Shown one piece after another: positions 11,944-24,010 of a stretch of 64,000 nt of DNA. Source of the DNA: Eledone cirrhosa. Lineage: Eukaryota. A program made the position numbers and the translations under genes. The stretch covers positions 43,214,001 to 43,278,000 of the forward strand of contig OZ024755.1 in NCBI GenBank assembly GCA_964016885.1, in the 5' to 3' direction. The notes beneath the pieces are model-generated. The model ran no database searches. It was given only the letters and a program-made list of their open reading frames with translations, and was not told the DNA's origin. The first letter of the stretch is position 1. The number at the start of each line of letters is the position of its first letter.

Positions 11944-12444
11944 CTTCTCGAGTTATCTCTTACTCATTTTACCTCTATTTACATCTATTACTCTATCTAC
12001 TGCTTATTTCTCCCCCTCTCTTTACTTCTATAACTCTATCTCCCTCTTATTTCTCCCCCTCTCTTTACATATATTTCAGTGTCTCCCTCTTGCGTGTATA
12101 TATATATGCGTATATATACACGTATATAAGCACTAGATTTTATAAGAAATCTACGTAATAATATAATTAACAATAGTTGATGAATTAGACCAGAGTTAAT
12201 TAAACAATAAATATGAATGAAATGGCAGTAGATGGGGAAACTTGAGTGTTGTGTGTGCATACATATATATGAGGTAAACTGGTTCAAATACTGTGTCAAG
12301 ATTATATTGGACCAAAGACTGTATTAAATAGAAAGTAAAAAATGAAGTGAAAATATAAAAACAAACTGAAAATTTCCCTATCCCTAGAAAAATTGATAAC
12401 TTGTTATATATAGATAATTGGCGCTTTAAATTGAATAAATATTC

Positions 12445-12488
<44 letters not shown>

Positions 12489-12490
<2 letters not shown>

Positions 12491-13182
12491 GTTTGTTATA
12501 GCTCTGGTTCATCTGAACCATTGAGCACTTGCCTCACATATCTCGGAGGTTGTTTTTCATTATTTCGTGGGCCGAAATGCGAATCTCGATAATTTATGTT
12601 TGTATTTATCTCCAGACTCTAGCTATTGACCAGTTAATTTTCTTGATTTTTTAGTTGATTCTATTGACTGATGAATAGCTTATGTTAATTTTAACCCTTC
12701 TGTTGAGAACTCTATTCGATTTGTGATGTTTTTGCATTCTTGCAAAAATATACATAACTGAATTTATTCGCCTGATATAGGGGCTGCCTCCCTTGCCGAT
12801 CCCCACGTGGAGTCAGCAATAGTCAGTCCTTGTATTAACATTGAACTAAAACCTATTGAGAAAGTGGCTTCCTTGTTCAATCATCTTACCAGAAGCCTGA
12901 CATTATTTATGTAAGCGGACGGTACTTGATTTAGGAGCCGCAGAAACCCAAATACTGGATTTTACCAACCTTCCAGGGGTCCGGGTAAATTTTCAATACC
13001 CGAATTACTTGATCGTTTTTTTGGCTATGCGAATGATTGTTTAACCATCGTCTCAGTGTGTTTGGCGTTTAACGTTTGTTATAGCTCTGGTTCATCTGAA
13101 CCATTGAGCACTTGCCTCACATCTCGGAGGTTGTTTTTTGTTATTTCGTGGGCCGAAATGCGAATCTCGATAATTTATGTTT
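12489..13182. mobile_element. Non-coding element bounded by ~112-bp direct repeats, inserted in (TA)n
   Basis: acgtttgttatagctctggttc...tcgataatttatgttt at 12489-12601 and ~13072-13182. Confidence 0.8.
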
Positions 13183-13286
13183 ATATATATGTACACTGAT
13201 ATATATGTGTGTATATATATGTACATATATGTATGTGTATATGTGTACATATGTATGTGTATATATATACTAATATATATATATAT

Positions 13287-13538
13287 ATCATCTTCATCAT
13301 ACGTCCGCTTTTCCATGCTTGCAAGGGTGGGACGGGAGCTGATTGTGGATTGGTTTCTACAGCTGGGTACCCTTCCTGGCGCCAACCCCGTTTGCAGTGA
13401 GTGCTGGGTGCTTTTTTTTTCCGTGACACCTCCACGTCAACTTTACAGTGTGGGCTGGGTGCTTTTTTGCCGTGGCGCCTCCACGACCACTTTGCAGTGG
13501 GGGCCCCGGTCCTGTCATCTCATTTCTACAGCTGAGTA
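13287..13538 (-). mobile_element. CORE-SINE, 3' part
   Basis: Reverse complement of the SINE body and tail at 8060-8320. Confidence 0.85.
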
Positions 13539-13549
13539 ATATGAAATAA

Positions 13550-13563
13550 TATATATACTGATG

Positions 13564-13602
<39 letters not shown>

Positions 13603-13955
13603 AAGTACTGGTATATATATATGTATGAGTACTGATATATATGTGTATGTGTGTGTATAAGTGCTGGTATATATATATGTATGTATGTATAAGTACTGAT
13701 AAGTGTATGTATATAGGTACTGGTATATATATATATGTATATGTGTATGTGAATATGGGTACTGATATATATATATGTGTATATGTATGAGTACTGATAT
13801 GTGTGTATGTGTATAAGTACTGATATATATATGTATGTGTATAAGTACTGATATATATGTATATGAGTACTGGTATATATATGTATGTATGTTTAAGTAC
13901 TAATATATGAATACTAATGTATAAATACTGATATATGTGTGTATGTATGAGTACT

Positions 13956-13991
<36 letters not shown>

Positions 13992-14075
13992 CATGTTTAA
14001 ATACTGATATATATGAGTACTGGTATATATATGTATGTGTATGGGGACTGATATGTATATATATATATATGTATG
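13550..14075. repeat. Microsatellite-derived repeat with a recurring AGTACTG motif
   Basis: Recurrent gtactg(a/g)tat separated by variable TA/TG tracts. Confidence 0.8.
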
Positions 14076-14080
14076 TATCG

Positions 14081-14340
14081 GCAAGACACTTTATTTCACA
14101 TTGCTCCAGTTTACTCAGCTGTAGAAATGAGATGATAGGGACAGGGGTCCCTATCATTCCACTGCAAAGTGGTCGTGGAGGTGCCACGGCAAAAAAGCAC
14201 CCAGCACTCACTGTAAATGAGGTTGGTGTTAGGAAGGGCATCCAGCTGTAGAAATTAAGCCAGCATCAGTTCCCGTCCCACCCTTGCAAGCAGGGAAAAA
14301 GCGAGCGTAAAATGAAATGATGAATGATGATGATGATGAT
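14081..14340 (+). mobile_element. CORE-SINE, 5'-truncated
   Basis: Near-identical to 32865-33095; (ATG)n tail. Confidence 0.88.
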
Positions 14341-14775
14341 GTGTATATATGTATGTATATGTATATATGTATGTATGTATATGTATATATTCTTGTGTAT
14401 ATGTATATATACTTATGTATATGTGTATATGCTTACGTATATGTATGTATGTGTATGTATGTATGTATGTATATGAATATTATGTATATATATGTATGTA
14501 TGTATGTATATGTATATATATGTATGTATGTGTATATATACGTATGTCAGGTCACCAGTTGGTTGGTACTTCTTTTTGGTAAATATCATCTTTGCTCACT
14601 ATAAAAGCTTCACGGCACAGGCATTGCTTTATATCTGGAGATCTCCCTGCACTTGTCGTCACATGGTACCAAGGGCCCAGCACTATGTGTCAATAATTGT
14701 CACAGGTGTAGTGTTTGTACCAGAGTATATGTATGTATATGTGTGTATGTATGTATATGTATATATGTATGTATG

Positions 14776-15052
14776 GGTGATGTGTTGTTTCCTTGGGCAA
14801 GACACTTTATTTCACATTGCTCCAGTTTACTCAGCTGTAGAAATGAGATGATAGGGACTGGGGGTCCATATCATTCCACTGCAAAGTGGTCGTGGAGGTG
14901 CCACGGCAAAAAAGCACCCAGCACTCACTGTAAATGAGGTTGGTGTTAGGAAGGGCATCCAGCTGTAGAAATCAGGCCAGAATCAGTTCCCGTCCCACCC
15001 TTGCAAGCAGGGAAAAAGCGGACTTATACGAAATGATGATGATGATGATGAT
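14776..15052 (+). mobile_element. CORE-SINE, 5'-truncated
   Basis: Same body and (ATG)n tail. Confidence 0.88.
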
Positions 15053-15211
15053 GTATCTGTATATCTATGTATGTGTATGTATATATATGTATGTATGTAT
15101 GTGTATGTATATATGTGTATGTATATGTATATGTGTATATATGTGTATATGTATATATGTATATATGTATGTGTATGTGTATATATGTATGTGTGTATAT
15201 GTATGTATATG

Positions 15212-15243
<32 letters not shown>

Positions 15244-15276
15244 TGTATGTATGTATGTATGTATGTATGTGTATAT

Positions 15277-16524
15277 GTGGCGACTAAACTGGCAACCCCA
15301 CCAAGGTTTCTTGGTGAGGAGGGTGACTTTGGACATCCTGCAGGACTAAAAACAAAACCTGTCAAAGGGCAAAGGAGCTCTTAAGAGTCAATGGCCATCC
15401 AAAATCACCGGGAGAGATGACCCCTTAGCCTTTGTCAAGGCAGAATTCTAGGAGAAGGAAAACTCTGATATAACACCTGCAACCCTGATGGTATCCAATG
15501 ATGTTGACTTGTTCTTCTTTTTGGTAAATATCATCTTGGTTAAGAGAGTGGGACTGGCTTTGTGCAGTGCCTTTGCGCTCACTATAAAAGCTTCACGGCA
15601 CAAGCATTGCTTTATATCTGGAGATCTCTCTGCACTTGTCCTCACATGGTACCATGGGCCCAGCACTATGTGTCAATAATTGTCACAAGTGTAGTGTTTG
15701 TACCAGAGTTTTCAAGTCGCTGGCTGGACTAAAAAGTCACACTCGTTCAGCGCTTCGGTAGGGGTTCTCCTACATGGATATAAAGTAGTGGCCGTACTCG
15801 AAAACGAGTTGGCAGCCACCATGTGTATATGTATGTATATGTGTATATGTATATATATGTATGTGTGTATGCATGTATATATGTATGTATGTGTATATGT
15901 ATGCATGTATGTATGTATGTATATGTCAGGTCACCAGTTGTTGCTACTGGTAACATGTATCCCAGTACAACCTGTCTCATGGTCTGGTCGTTGGCGACTA
16001 AACTGGCAACCCCACCAAGCTTTCTTGGTGAGGAGGGTGACTTTGGACATCCTGCAGGACTAAAAACAAAACCTGTCAAAGGGCAAAGGAGCTCTTAAGA
16101 GTCAATGGCCATCCAAACGAGATTACCCCTTAGGCTTTGTCAAGGCAGAATTCTAGGAGAAGGAAAACTCTGATATAACACCTGCAACCCTGATGGTATC
16201 CAATGATGTTGACTTGTTCTTCTTTTTGGTAAATATCATCTTGGTTAAGAGAGTGGGATTGGCTTTGTGCAGTGCCTTTGCTCACTATAAAAGCTTCACG
16301 GCACAGGCATTGCTTTATATCTGGAGATCTCTCTGCACTTGTCGTCACATGGTACCATGGGCCCAGCACTATGTGTCAATAATTGTCACAAGTGTAGTGT
16401 CTGTACCAGAGTTTTCAAGTCGCTGGCTGGACTAAAAAGTCACACTCGTTCAGCGCTTCGGTAGGAGTTCTCCTACATGGATATAAAGTAGTGGCCGTAC
16501 TCGAAAACGAGTTGGCAGCCACCA
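15277..16524 (+). mobile_element. Two tandem copies of repeat family C (15277-15821, 15925-16524) separated by (TATG)n
   Basis: Near-identical sequences, both ending ...gagttggcagccacc; an internally deleted copy lies at 14546-14725. Confidence 0.85.
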
Positions 16525-16634
16525 TATATGTGTATGTATGTATCTGTCTATGTGTAACTAGGTGTACTGGAGCAATGTGAAGTGAAGTGAAACTACTTAT
16601 ACGAACCGGCATAACAGTCGGTATACATGAAAGA

Positions 16635-17515
16635 TGGTAACTGGTGATGCCTATGAGAGCGCTTGGCTGTTACAACGCCATCACCGAGGTAACTGGTCAT
16701 GCTCCTCATCAGGGCGTTTGGCTATTCCAGCACCTCAGCCTCGCCATCACCCGAGGTAACTGGTGATGCTCCTCGTGATAGCACTTGGCTATTCCAGCAT
16801 CTCAGCCTTGTCATCAGCAGAAGTAACTGGTGATGCTCCTCGTGAGGATGCATGGCTGTTGCCAGATCTCACCCTCGAGGTAAATGGTGATGCTCGTGTG
16901 GGCGCTTGGCTATTGCAGCACCTCAGTCTCGCTATCACCCAAGGTAACTGGTAATGCTCGTGAGGGTACTTGGCTATCCGAGCACTCCAGCCGCGCCAAC
17001 ACCCGAGGTAACAGGTGATGTTCTTCGTAGGGGCGCTTGGCTGCTGCAGGATCTAACCCTCGCCATCACCCGAGGTAACTGGTGATGATACCTCGGGTGA
17101 TAGCGAGACTGAGGTGCTGGAAAAGCCCAGCGCCTTCAGGAGCATCACCAGTTACCTCGGGTGGTGGCAAGGGTGAGCTCTGGCAACAGCCAAGCGCCCT
17201 CACGTGAACATCACCAGTTACCTCAGGTGATGGTGAGGCTGAGGTGCTGCAATATCCAAGCGCCCTGACGAGGAGCATGACCAAATACCTCGGTGATGGC
17301 GAAGCTGAGTTGTTGCAACAGCCACACGCCTTCACAAACATCACCAGTTACCTCGGGTGATGGCATGGTTGAGATCCGGAAACAGCCAAGCGCCCTCACG
17401 AGGAGCATTACTAGTTACCTCAGGTGATGGCGAGACAGAGGTCCTGCAACAGCCAAGCGCCCTCACGAGCATCACTAGTTACCTCAGGTCATGGCAAGGG
17501 TGAGATCCAGCAGCA
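16635..17515. repeat. ~57-67-bp minisatellite with a central inversion
   Basis: gaggtaactggtgatgctcctcgtgagggcgcttggct.. at 16686, 16753, 16820, 16877, 16941, 17005 and 17071; reverse-complement units from ~17089. Confidence 0.92.
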
Positions 17516-18420
17516 GCATACAGCAAAGCTGACAGTACACATGCAGCATACATTCTCACCTTGGTCCTCATTGTGATTCCTTGCCTGCACCAAAGACGGT
17601 CGTTGAGCCTTCCAAATGACTTACTTGCCTTACTAACACGTAGACCAACTTCTGCATCCAGAGAGCAGGTCACACTCAGAGTACTCCCCAAATACACAAA
17701 TGTGTCAGCAGCCTTCAGCTTTTTACCATATACGTGTATGGATGGTTCATTGAAAAATTTATCCGGAGCAGGTTGGTACATGACGGCAATCTTCTTCAGA
17801 CTGATTGTCAGTCCCAAAGCACTGCACGCATTGGAAAAAGAATTCATAAGGTGTTGCACGTCACTCTGGGAGTGTGCAAAGAGATCACAATCATCTGCAT
17901 ATAAAAATTCCCTGATCAACGTACTCAGTACCTTAGTGTTGGCAATGAGATGCCTATGGTTAAACAGCTTGCCGGAAGTGCGATATCTGAGATAGATACT
18001 GTGTTGACAATCCTTGAAGACCATGAAGAACACCATTGCGAAATACAAGGCAAACAAAGTTGGTGCAGGTATATCCCCCTGCTTGACACCATTTTCAACC
18101 GAGATTGGCTCAGACAGTTTACTTCCACATTCACCCATGCCTGCATATCATCGTGGATGAGTTTCAGAATGTTCACAAACTTTTCAGGACAGCCCAATCT
18201 CTCCAAAATAACCCACAAAGCCTTCCAATTAACGGTGTCAAATGCCTTGGTCAGATCGACAAAAACTTGGTATAAGTCCATGCGCTGCTCAATGAAGTTG
18301 TTTGGTCGAGAAGATCTTGTCAACAGTGCCTCTGCCATTCCTAAAGCCACATTGGGACTCTGGAAGTACCTCAACAGCAATGTGCTGTATCAATCTGTCC
18401 AACAAAATCCTGCACAAGAT
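17512..18420 (-). mobile_element. RTE-clade (BovB-like) LINE reverse transcriptase fragment
   Basis: LPESQCGFR, FVDLTKAFDTVN, GVKQGDIPAPTLF, LYADDC, FVYLGS; frameshifted. Confidence 0.93.
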
Positions 18421-18580
18421 CTTATATAAATATATATATATAGTTGTTATATAGTAAGGTGCATTATTGGTTGTGTAAAATGGTCCAATAACTTTGTTAG
18501 CAATATTAAGTTCTCCACGCTTTTGTATATCTCCAATTCCATTCAAGGGAACAGCTAGATGATGTAAAACGGAGTATAAG

Positions 18581-18667
18581 TATCAAAATGAAAATCCGAA
18601 GGCAAGGTAAAATTCCAATCATTTAATTAAATGATTGGAATTTTACCTTGCCTTCGGATTTTTATTT

Positions 18668-18672
<5 letters not shown>
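18581..18672. repeat. Spacerless 92-bp palindrome
   Basis: tatcaaaatgaaaatccgaaggcaaggtaaaattccaatcatttaa followed by its reverse complement, 1 mismatch. Confidence 0.93.
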
Positions 18673-18706
<34 letters not shown>

Positions 18707-18772
18707 CACACACACTATATATATTGTGCAATGTAAAGTCTGAAACAGCTTGGTACCAGTAACGTCACAGCT

Positions 18773-19130
18773 CATCATCATCATTTAACATCCACTTTCC
18801 CTGCTAGCAAGAATTGGTCAGGTCTTCACAAACCAGAGTGGAGTGGGGGTCCATATCTCGTTTACATGCAACACAACTGAACAGTCCTCCCAACCTTTTC
18901 TTTGGCAAGTTTTCTATGGCTGGGTTCTCTTCCTATCACCAACAACTTTACATCATGCACTGGGTGCATTTATGTAGATCCTAACACTGCGGAGGTTGTC
19001 ATACCCTTGACACAACTGAAGGGTCCTCAAACACCTTCTTTGGTAAGCTTTCTCTGATTAGAAACGCTTCCTATCCTCAACCACATTAAAACATGTACTG
19101 GATGCGTTTATCGTGTAGATCAGGCATGTC
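18773..19130 (-). mobile_element. Degraded SINE or RTE 3' end with internal duplication
   Basis: (CAT)n tail then tttaacatccactttt..; ttcctatc..aaccac..tactgg block occurs twice. Confidence 0.6.
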
Positions 19131-19214
19131 AAACTGAAGGTGCCTCGAGGTTGCACGCATCGTCAACCAAGCTATATATGGCGATGTCATACCAAAAGAC
19201 TGGTGCAGTAGTAT

Positions 19215-19480
19215 CCTTATAAATTGCTACAAATGTAAAGGGGATGCTCTGGAGAAAGCAATTATATGGGCATCAAACTGATGGATCAGGTTATGAACGT
19301 GGCAGAAAGAATACTAGCGCAGCTAATTAGAGAAAGGGTCAAATCAGTTTGGTTTTGTGCCTCTGAAAAGTACAACAGATGCCCTCTTCTTAGTGAGACA
19401 ACTACAAGAGAGGTTCTTAGAGAAGAATAAGCCACTATACTTAGCTTTGGTTGACATAGAGAAGGCCTTTGATAGAGAAC
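19215..19480 (+). mobile_element. RTE LINE RT fragment (same family as 6490-9700)
   Basis: CYKCKGDALEK.NY.GIKLMDQVM, FGFVP, LVRQLQE, LAxVDIEKAFDR. Confidence 0.8.
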
Positions 19481-19849
19481 TCTTATAAATGTCAACATAC
19501 ATGTATGTGTGTGTATATATATGTTTTTTTTAAAACTATATATTTATTACTCCCTTAAGCAGAAGAAATATATTCCCAGATATCGAAGATTATCACAATA
19601 ACTAGGGAGCGGAGGTCAATAGATGCTGGACATTGCTGCTGAGGGTAGGATGACCTGATGAGCTGGCTCCTGTGGTGGATACCTAAACATAGAAAGACCC
19701 AAGTGGGATGACTGAGGTTCACCTACATACATCAGATGTCTCTAGATCTCCAGCTGGAGATTAATGATCTCAAGAATGCCATGAAAAATCGTGACATCTA
19801 AAAAAGAAGAGTAGAATTGTTCTGGCCAATCCACCTGACCTAATAAACA

Positions 19850-19935
19850 ATAATTGTTTCTACGTTAGGCACAAGGCCAGCAATTACCCAGTGTATTACT
19901 GGTACTTTATTTTATCGACCCCGTAAGGATGAATC
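19850..19935 (-). mobile_element. Nin/Deu-domain SINE fragment
   Basis: Reverse complement of 22385-22470. Confidence 0.75.
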
Positions 19936-20029
19936 CACCTGACCTAATAAACAATAATAATATATATTGATGAAAATTAATTATGGTGAAATATCTTAGA
20001 AATCATTCTCAGAGGTTTTGTATTGTAAA

Positions 20030-20880
20030 TCACACTTGCTCCTTGTGGCTTCTGATGCAGACATCATGTCTGCCATCAGGTCCTTCCCAGCTAGCAGCTG
20101 CAGAGGTGTTGATGGTCTCCGACCAGGCCTCCTCAAGGAGTTGATATCTCCCCTCTCCGCTGAGGCCGGGCGCCGCCTTCTGAGTGCAATTGTGGCGCTC
20201 ACCAATAGGCTCATCCATGGCGCCCTGGAATCTTATGCCCGAGGCCTCTTTTTTTCGGCCAGCCTCACCGCTCTCAGGAAGAAAGAGGGTGGCATATGCC
20301 CCATTGCTGTGGGCAATGTCTTCCGGAGGCTGGCTGCCAAGGTGATCTGCAAGTCCGTAACAGGCATCCAGGGACTCCAACCACCTCATTGTCAAGTTTG
20401 ACATGAGGAATGCCTTCAACTCTTTGTGCTGGGATCATCTGCTCGAGGTCTGCCTCAGCCGAGCCCCCTCTGCCTACCTGTCATATGGAGCCCCGAGCAT
20501 GCTCCTTGCTGCTGATTCGGTCATACCCTCGGCTACGGGGGTCCAACAGAGGAAGCCTTTGGGACCCCTCCTGTTCACCCTTGGTATTGACCACATCGCC
20601 CGGAGTATAATGGCCCCTCTCAACGTTTGGTATCTGGATGATGCTACATTGGGTGGGCCCGTACGGACGGTCTGCCATGACCTTCAATCGGTCATGACCT
20701 TCAATCGGCCATTCCTGCCCTGGCGGGAATCGGCCTCCAGGTCAACTCGGCCAAGTCGGAGGTGGTGAATGTCAGCCTCGATGCTGCAAGCTTTGCAGTC
20801 TCCATCTTGGACATGCGGTCCATTCTTCACCAGGTTCAGGTGATCCCCAAAGAGGATGCCCTCACTGATCCACCCGCCGG
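20030..20880 (+). mobile_element. CRE-clade non-LTR retrotransposon RT fragment
   Basis: GVDGLRP, LTALRKKEGGICPIAVGNVFRRLAAK, DMRNAFNS, GVQQxxPLGPLLF, WYLDD. Confidence 0.85.
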
Positions 20881-20897
20881 CTATCTATCTGACTAGA

Positions 20898-21330
20898 ATG
20901 CTCCCCTGATCAGATGATTGTCGGGTTTTTTAAAGTTTGGGTTGCATATCGACATGTCATTGGTGTTGTAGAATTCTAGAAGCCTGAAGCCATCTTCATT
21001 TCTTGTGCCAACCCCGGAGCCTCCATGGACTCTATAGAAGCCATCATGGTGTTTCCCAATGTGTTCGTTAAAGTCTCCTGAGATTACCTTATCTACCCAT
21101 TTGTCAGCTAATAATATTCGTACACCAACCCTCCCATTGTCATTTCCCACCCAGAAAAATTTGTAGCACTGATTTTTGCCTACAAAAACTAGCAGACTCT
21201 CCTCTCCATCTAGTTTCTTGCACACGGCATACGTCAATTTCCTTTCGCTCTAGCATCTCTACGATTTCTCCTGCTCTTCCTTTCATTGTGCTTACATTGA
21301 TGGTTCCAACTCAGAGTTTTGGGCATTTGC
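20898..21330 (-). mobile_element. RTE LINE AP-endonuclease fragment
   Basis: YKFFWVGND, GDFNEHIG, GTRNEDGFRLLEF, ICNPNFKKP. Confidence 0.85.
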
Positions 21331-21684
21331 CATCATTCGTGGAAAATGGTGAATTTTTGGGTGTATGCTTCCTGTCTCTGAATTAAAGCTTCGCATGGGT
21401 GCTTAGTAACTCGTGGATTCATATTCATTTATTAATTCGGGGTCGCTCCATTAATGCTCAGCTCATCCATACATAATGGTAAAAGAATTCAGGGCTAGGT
21501 CAGTAGTAGCAATAATGGCAGAGTTTGTTGGGGCTGGTAAGGGCTAGAAGAACAGGTGTTTATTTACTTGTCACTAGCTGGTTGTTTGTTCTATCTGTGT
21601 GTGTCTGATTTGTTTTGTTAGTTTGGTTTTTGTGTGTCTGTATGTCTTCATTTTGTCCTTAATTACTAGTTGTGATGTTGCTAT

Positions 21685-21825
21685 TCCACCCATGTTTTCT
21701 GTTTAATTTTGGTTGGAGTTTCTTTATGTTTGTTTCCTCTGTGATTTGTCTGAGCATTGCATCTTTTCTGTGTGTGGATATAATTTTTATCTCTATGTTC
21801 TCTAATGTGCCCCTGGTTGTTATTG
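21685..21825 (-). mobile_element. Penelope-like endonuclease C-terminal fragment of a different PLE lineage
   Basis: Minus strand reads IEIKIISTHRKDAMLRQITEETNIKKLQPKLNRKHGW, resembling the PLE motif RQIxEAxxI...LNxKxEW. Confidence 0.55.
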
Positions 21826-22300
21826 TTGGCTGTGAACTCTCACTAACCCTTGGTTGTTGTTGTAGGCTGTGACGTGAACTCTAACCTTTGGTTGTTGTTC
21901 AGCAGACATCAGTCTATTCTATATTACACATGCTGTCAAAAGATTGTTTTACTTCACTCAGTAACTTTGAATTTAAATATTTTTGCTCAAAACATGAAAT
22001 GTTTTGCTCAGTGGTTGGGAAAAATTAGAAAGAATGGTGTGGTTTGAGGGCTGCTATTTCTAGCAGGTCAAGCTCCATCATAAGCGGGTCAAAGCCTGTA
22101 GTTTTTTTGTTTTTTTTTATTAATAAATTTTGGTATTATTAAAAGTGACAGAAAAAAGATTTTGTTGAATATTTTGGTTGATTGGCTTGTTTTTTTTTAG
22201 ATATTTTTTCCAAAAATCCTTTACACTCCTCCATACATTATATCCTTTACACTCCTCCATACATTAAATCCTTTACACTCAATCATTATTTTGTTCATTG

Positions 22301-22470
22301 AGGGCGGTGGATTGGCAGTATCGGTAGAGCGTCGGATGCCATGCTTTCCAGCATAGTTACGTCCCTTTACGAGGTTGACTTTGCCTTTCATCCTTACGGG
22401 GTCGATAAAATAAAGTACCAGTAATGCACTGGGTAATTGCTGGCCTTGTGCCTAAAGTAGAAACAATTAT
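22301..22470 (+). mobile_element. tRNA-derived Nin/Deu-domain SINE
   Basis: Head ggcggtggattggcagtatcggtagagc; Nin-like gcctttcatccttacggggtcgataaaataaagtaccag; (ATT) tail. Confidence 0.8.
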
Positions 22471-23354
22471 TTTGTTCATTTGGATATTTTCTTGTCTTTC
22501 AACTTTTCCATTTTTCTTCAGCCATGTTTAATGAGTATTTGTTTAAAATAGGTTCATTGAATCCCTGAATATTGACATCTAGCTGTAAACCATTGCCCCC
22601 AAAAGCATTCAGGAAAGTCAATTCAATGCCTTAAATAGTGAAAAGAGAATATAGAAGGGTACACATGCAGGAATACACACTCAGATGTTTAAAGGGGGTT
22701 GGAGTTAATCATGATGGAGGATACAATAGACAAACATAGAAATAGAAGATATTGTCAAAGCTTCTCTCTTATGAAACTTCATCTATGCACATCAAGTATA
22801 ATGAACATATGGATGTTAAAAGAAATTATTGTTTGCCAAATGAAGCAGAAGATATCGGGATCCATGGTAAAAATAAACAAAAATTCTGAACTGTTGATGA
22901 GGCAAAGAAGTGTTATCAATATCTGAGTTCATCAAACTACTCAATGAAACAAACTTGTTTCAAGAACTTTAACCCTTTAATGTTCAAACCGGCCAGAGTT
23001 CTTTACCTTTTTCTGTTGAAACTGGCTGTAACTGGTCACTCAAACTGATGTTAAGGTATTGTTCTCAAAATAAATACTTTCAAAATCTCATAGATTCGAT
23101 ATTATGTGAGATAAAGCATTTACCATGAAAATATAATAGTATATATAGAGTAATGTGAAAGCTAAAGGGTTAATGAAGTTGATGGAGGATCTCCTGGAAT
23201 GAAATGTGTGTGCATACAAACAACCACACACAAGCATGTACACACACACATACATAAAATACACAAACACACTGAGATTATCTTATAATATTTTAGACTT
23301 GCATTCACACTTTTTACAATATAAAATTATTCTATTTGAATTTTTGTTCATGTT

Positions 23355-23464
23355 TCACTAATAGAAGTTTGGTGAGGAGAGCATGTTGAAACATAGAATA
23401 CTAGAGAGAGTCACTAATAGAAGTTTGGTGAGGAGAGCATGTTGAAACATAGAATACTAGAGAG
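23355..23464. repeat. 56-bp tandem duplication spanning the FAS1 stop codon
   Basis: tcactaatagaagtttggtgaggagagcatgttgaaacatagaatactagagag at 23355 and 23411. Confidence 0.93.
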
Positions 23465-23604
23465 GGTCATTAATGGAGCAGATGGCTGAAGAGGGTCATT
23501 ATTTGTCCAGAGAACTCGATCAATGATGTGAACAACACCATTTGTAGCTGCTAGGTCAGAGTGTAATATTTTGGCAACTCTTCCGCCAAATCCGACTGTT
23601 AGAG
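23414..23604 (-). CDS. Fasciclin (FAS1)-domain protein, probable last coding exon
   Basis: Acceptor ttttatctttccag, phase 1; LTVGFGGRVAKILHSDLAATNGVVHIIDRVL is the FAS1 H2 motif; TAG stop followed by TGA. Confidence 0.88.
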
Positions 23605-23789
23605 CTGGAAAGATAAAACAATCAATCAATATATTTATATATAAAGTTTATAGAAAATATAGGATGTTGAAGCAGAGAAAATAATCTTAGGCACAACTAG
23701 TTGTTATAAAATAGCTTATAGAATAGGGTAAAGACCGCTAGTCATGGAAAAGTAAGGTTCCAGTAGTCGCTACAAGCATCAAACTTCGT

Positions 23790-24010
23790 ATCTTTCAGAT
23801 ATCAGCCTTCTTCTACTGCAGTTTTCTTCCACTGGCAATTCCTGGTCATTCTTCACCCAACAACATCCATATGCATCATATCTCTGTATCAGTAGTCTTC
23901 TCCTTTGTACACTACATTTGATTCCTCTTATACCCAGTTTTTCTCTCAGTCTATTGATACTTGCTTCATTCCTTTCTAGGCTCCACACAGCCTCTACATT
24001 TACTGCCATC
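23790..24010 (-). mobile_element. RTE LINE 3' ORF fragment
   Basis: LERNEA..INRLREKLGIRGIKCSVQRRRL. Confidence 0.75.

Noticed and set aside
15940-16010. HDV-like or pistol ribozyme assignment for the family C leader
   Set aside because: No upstream P1 partner and wrong P2-P3 spacing for HDV; the pistol pseudoknot strand is sequestered in another hairpin
9649-16098. Many MYV/IHT-rich ORFs
   Set aside because: Translations of (TATG)n and (TA)n microsatellites
16635-17515. CRISPR-like array
   Set aside because: Whole units are homologous with no unique spacers; eukaryotic context, no cas genes
19650-19720. CTGATGAG hammerhead-like word
   Set aside because: No supporting stems; it lies in what looks like a decayed LINE 3' coding fragment
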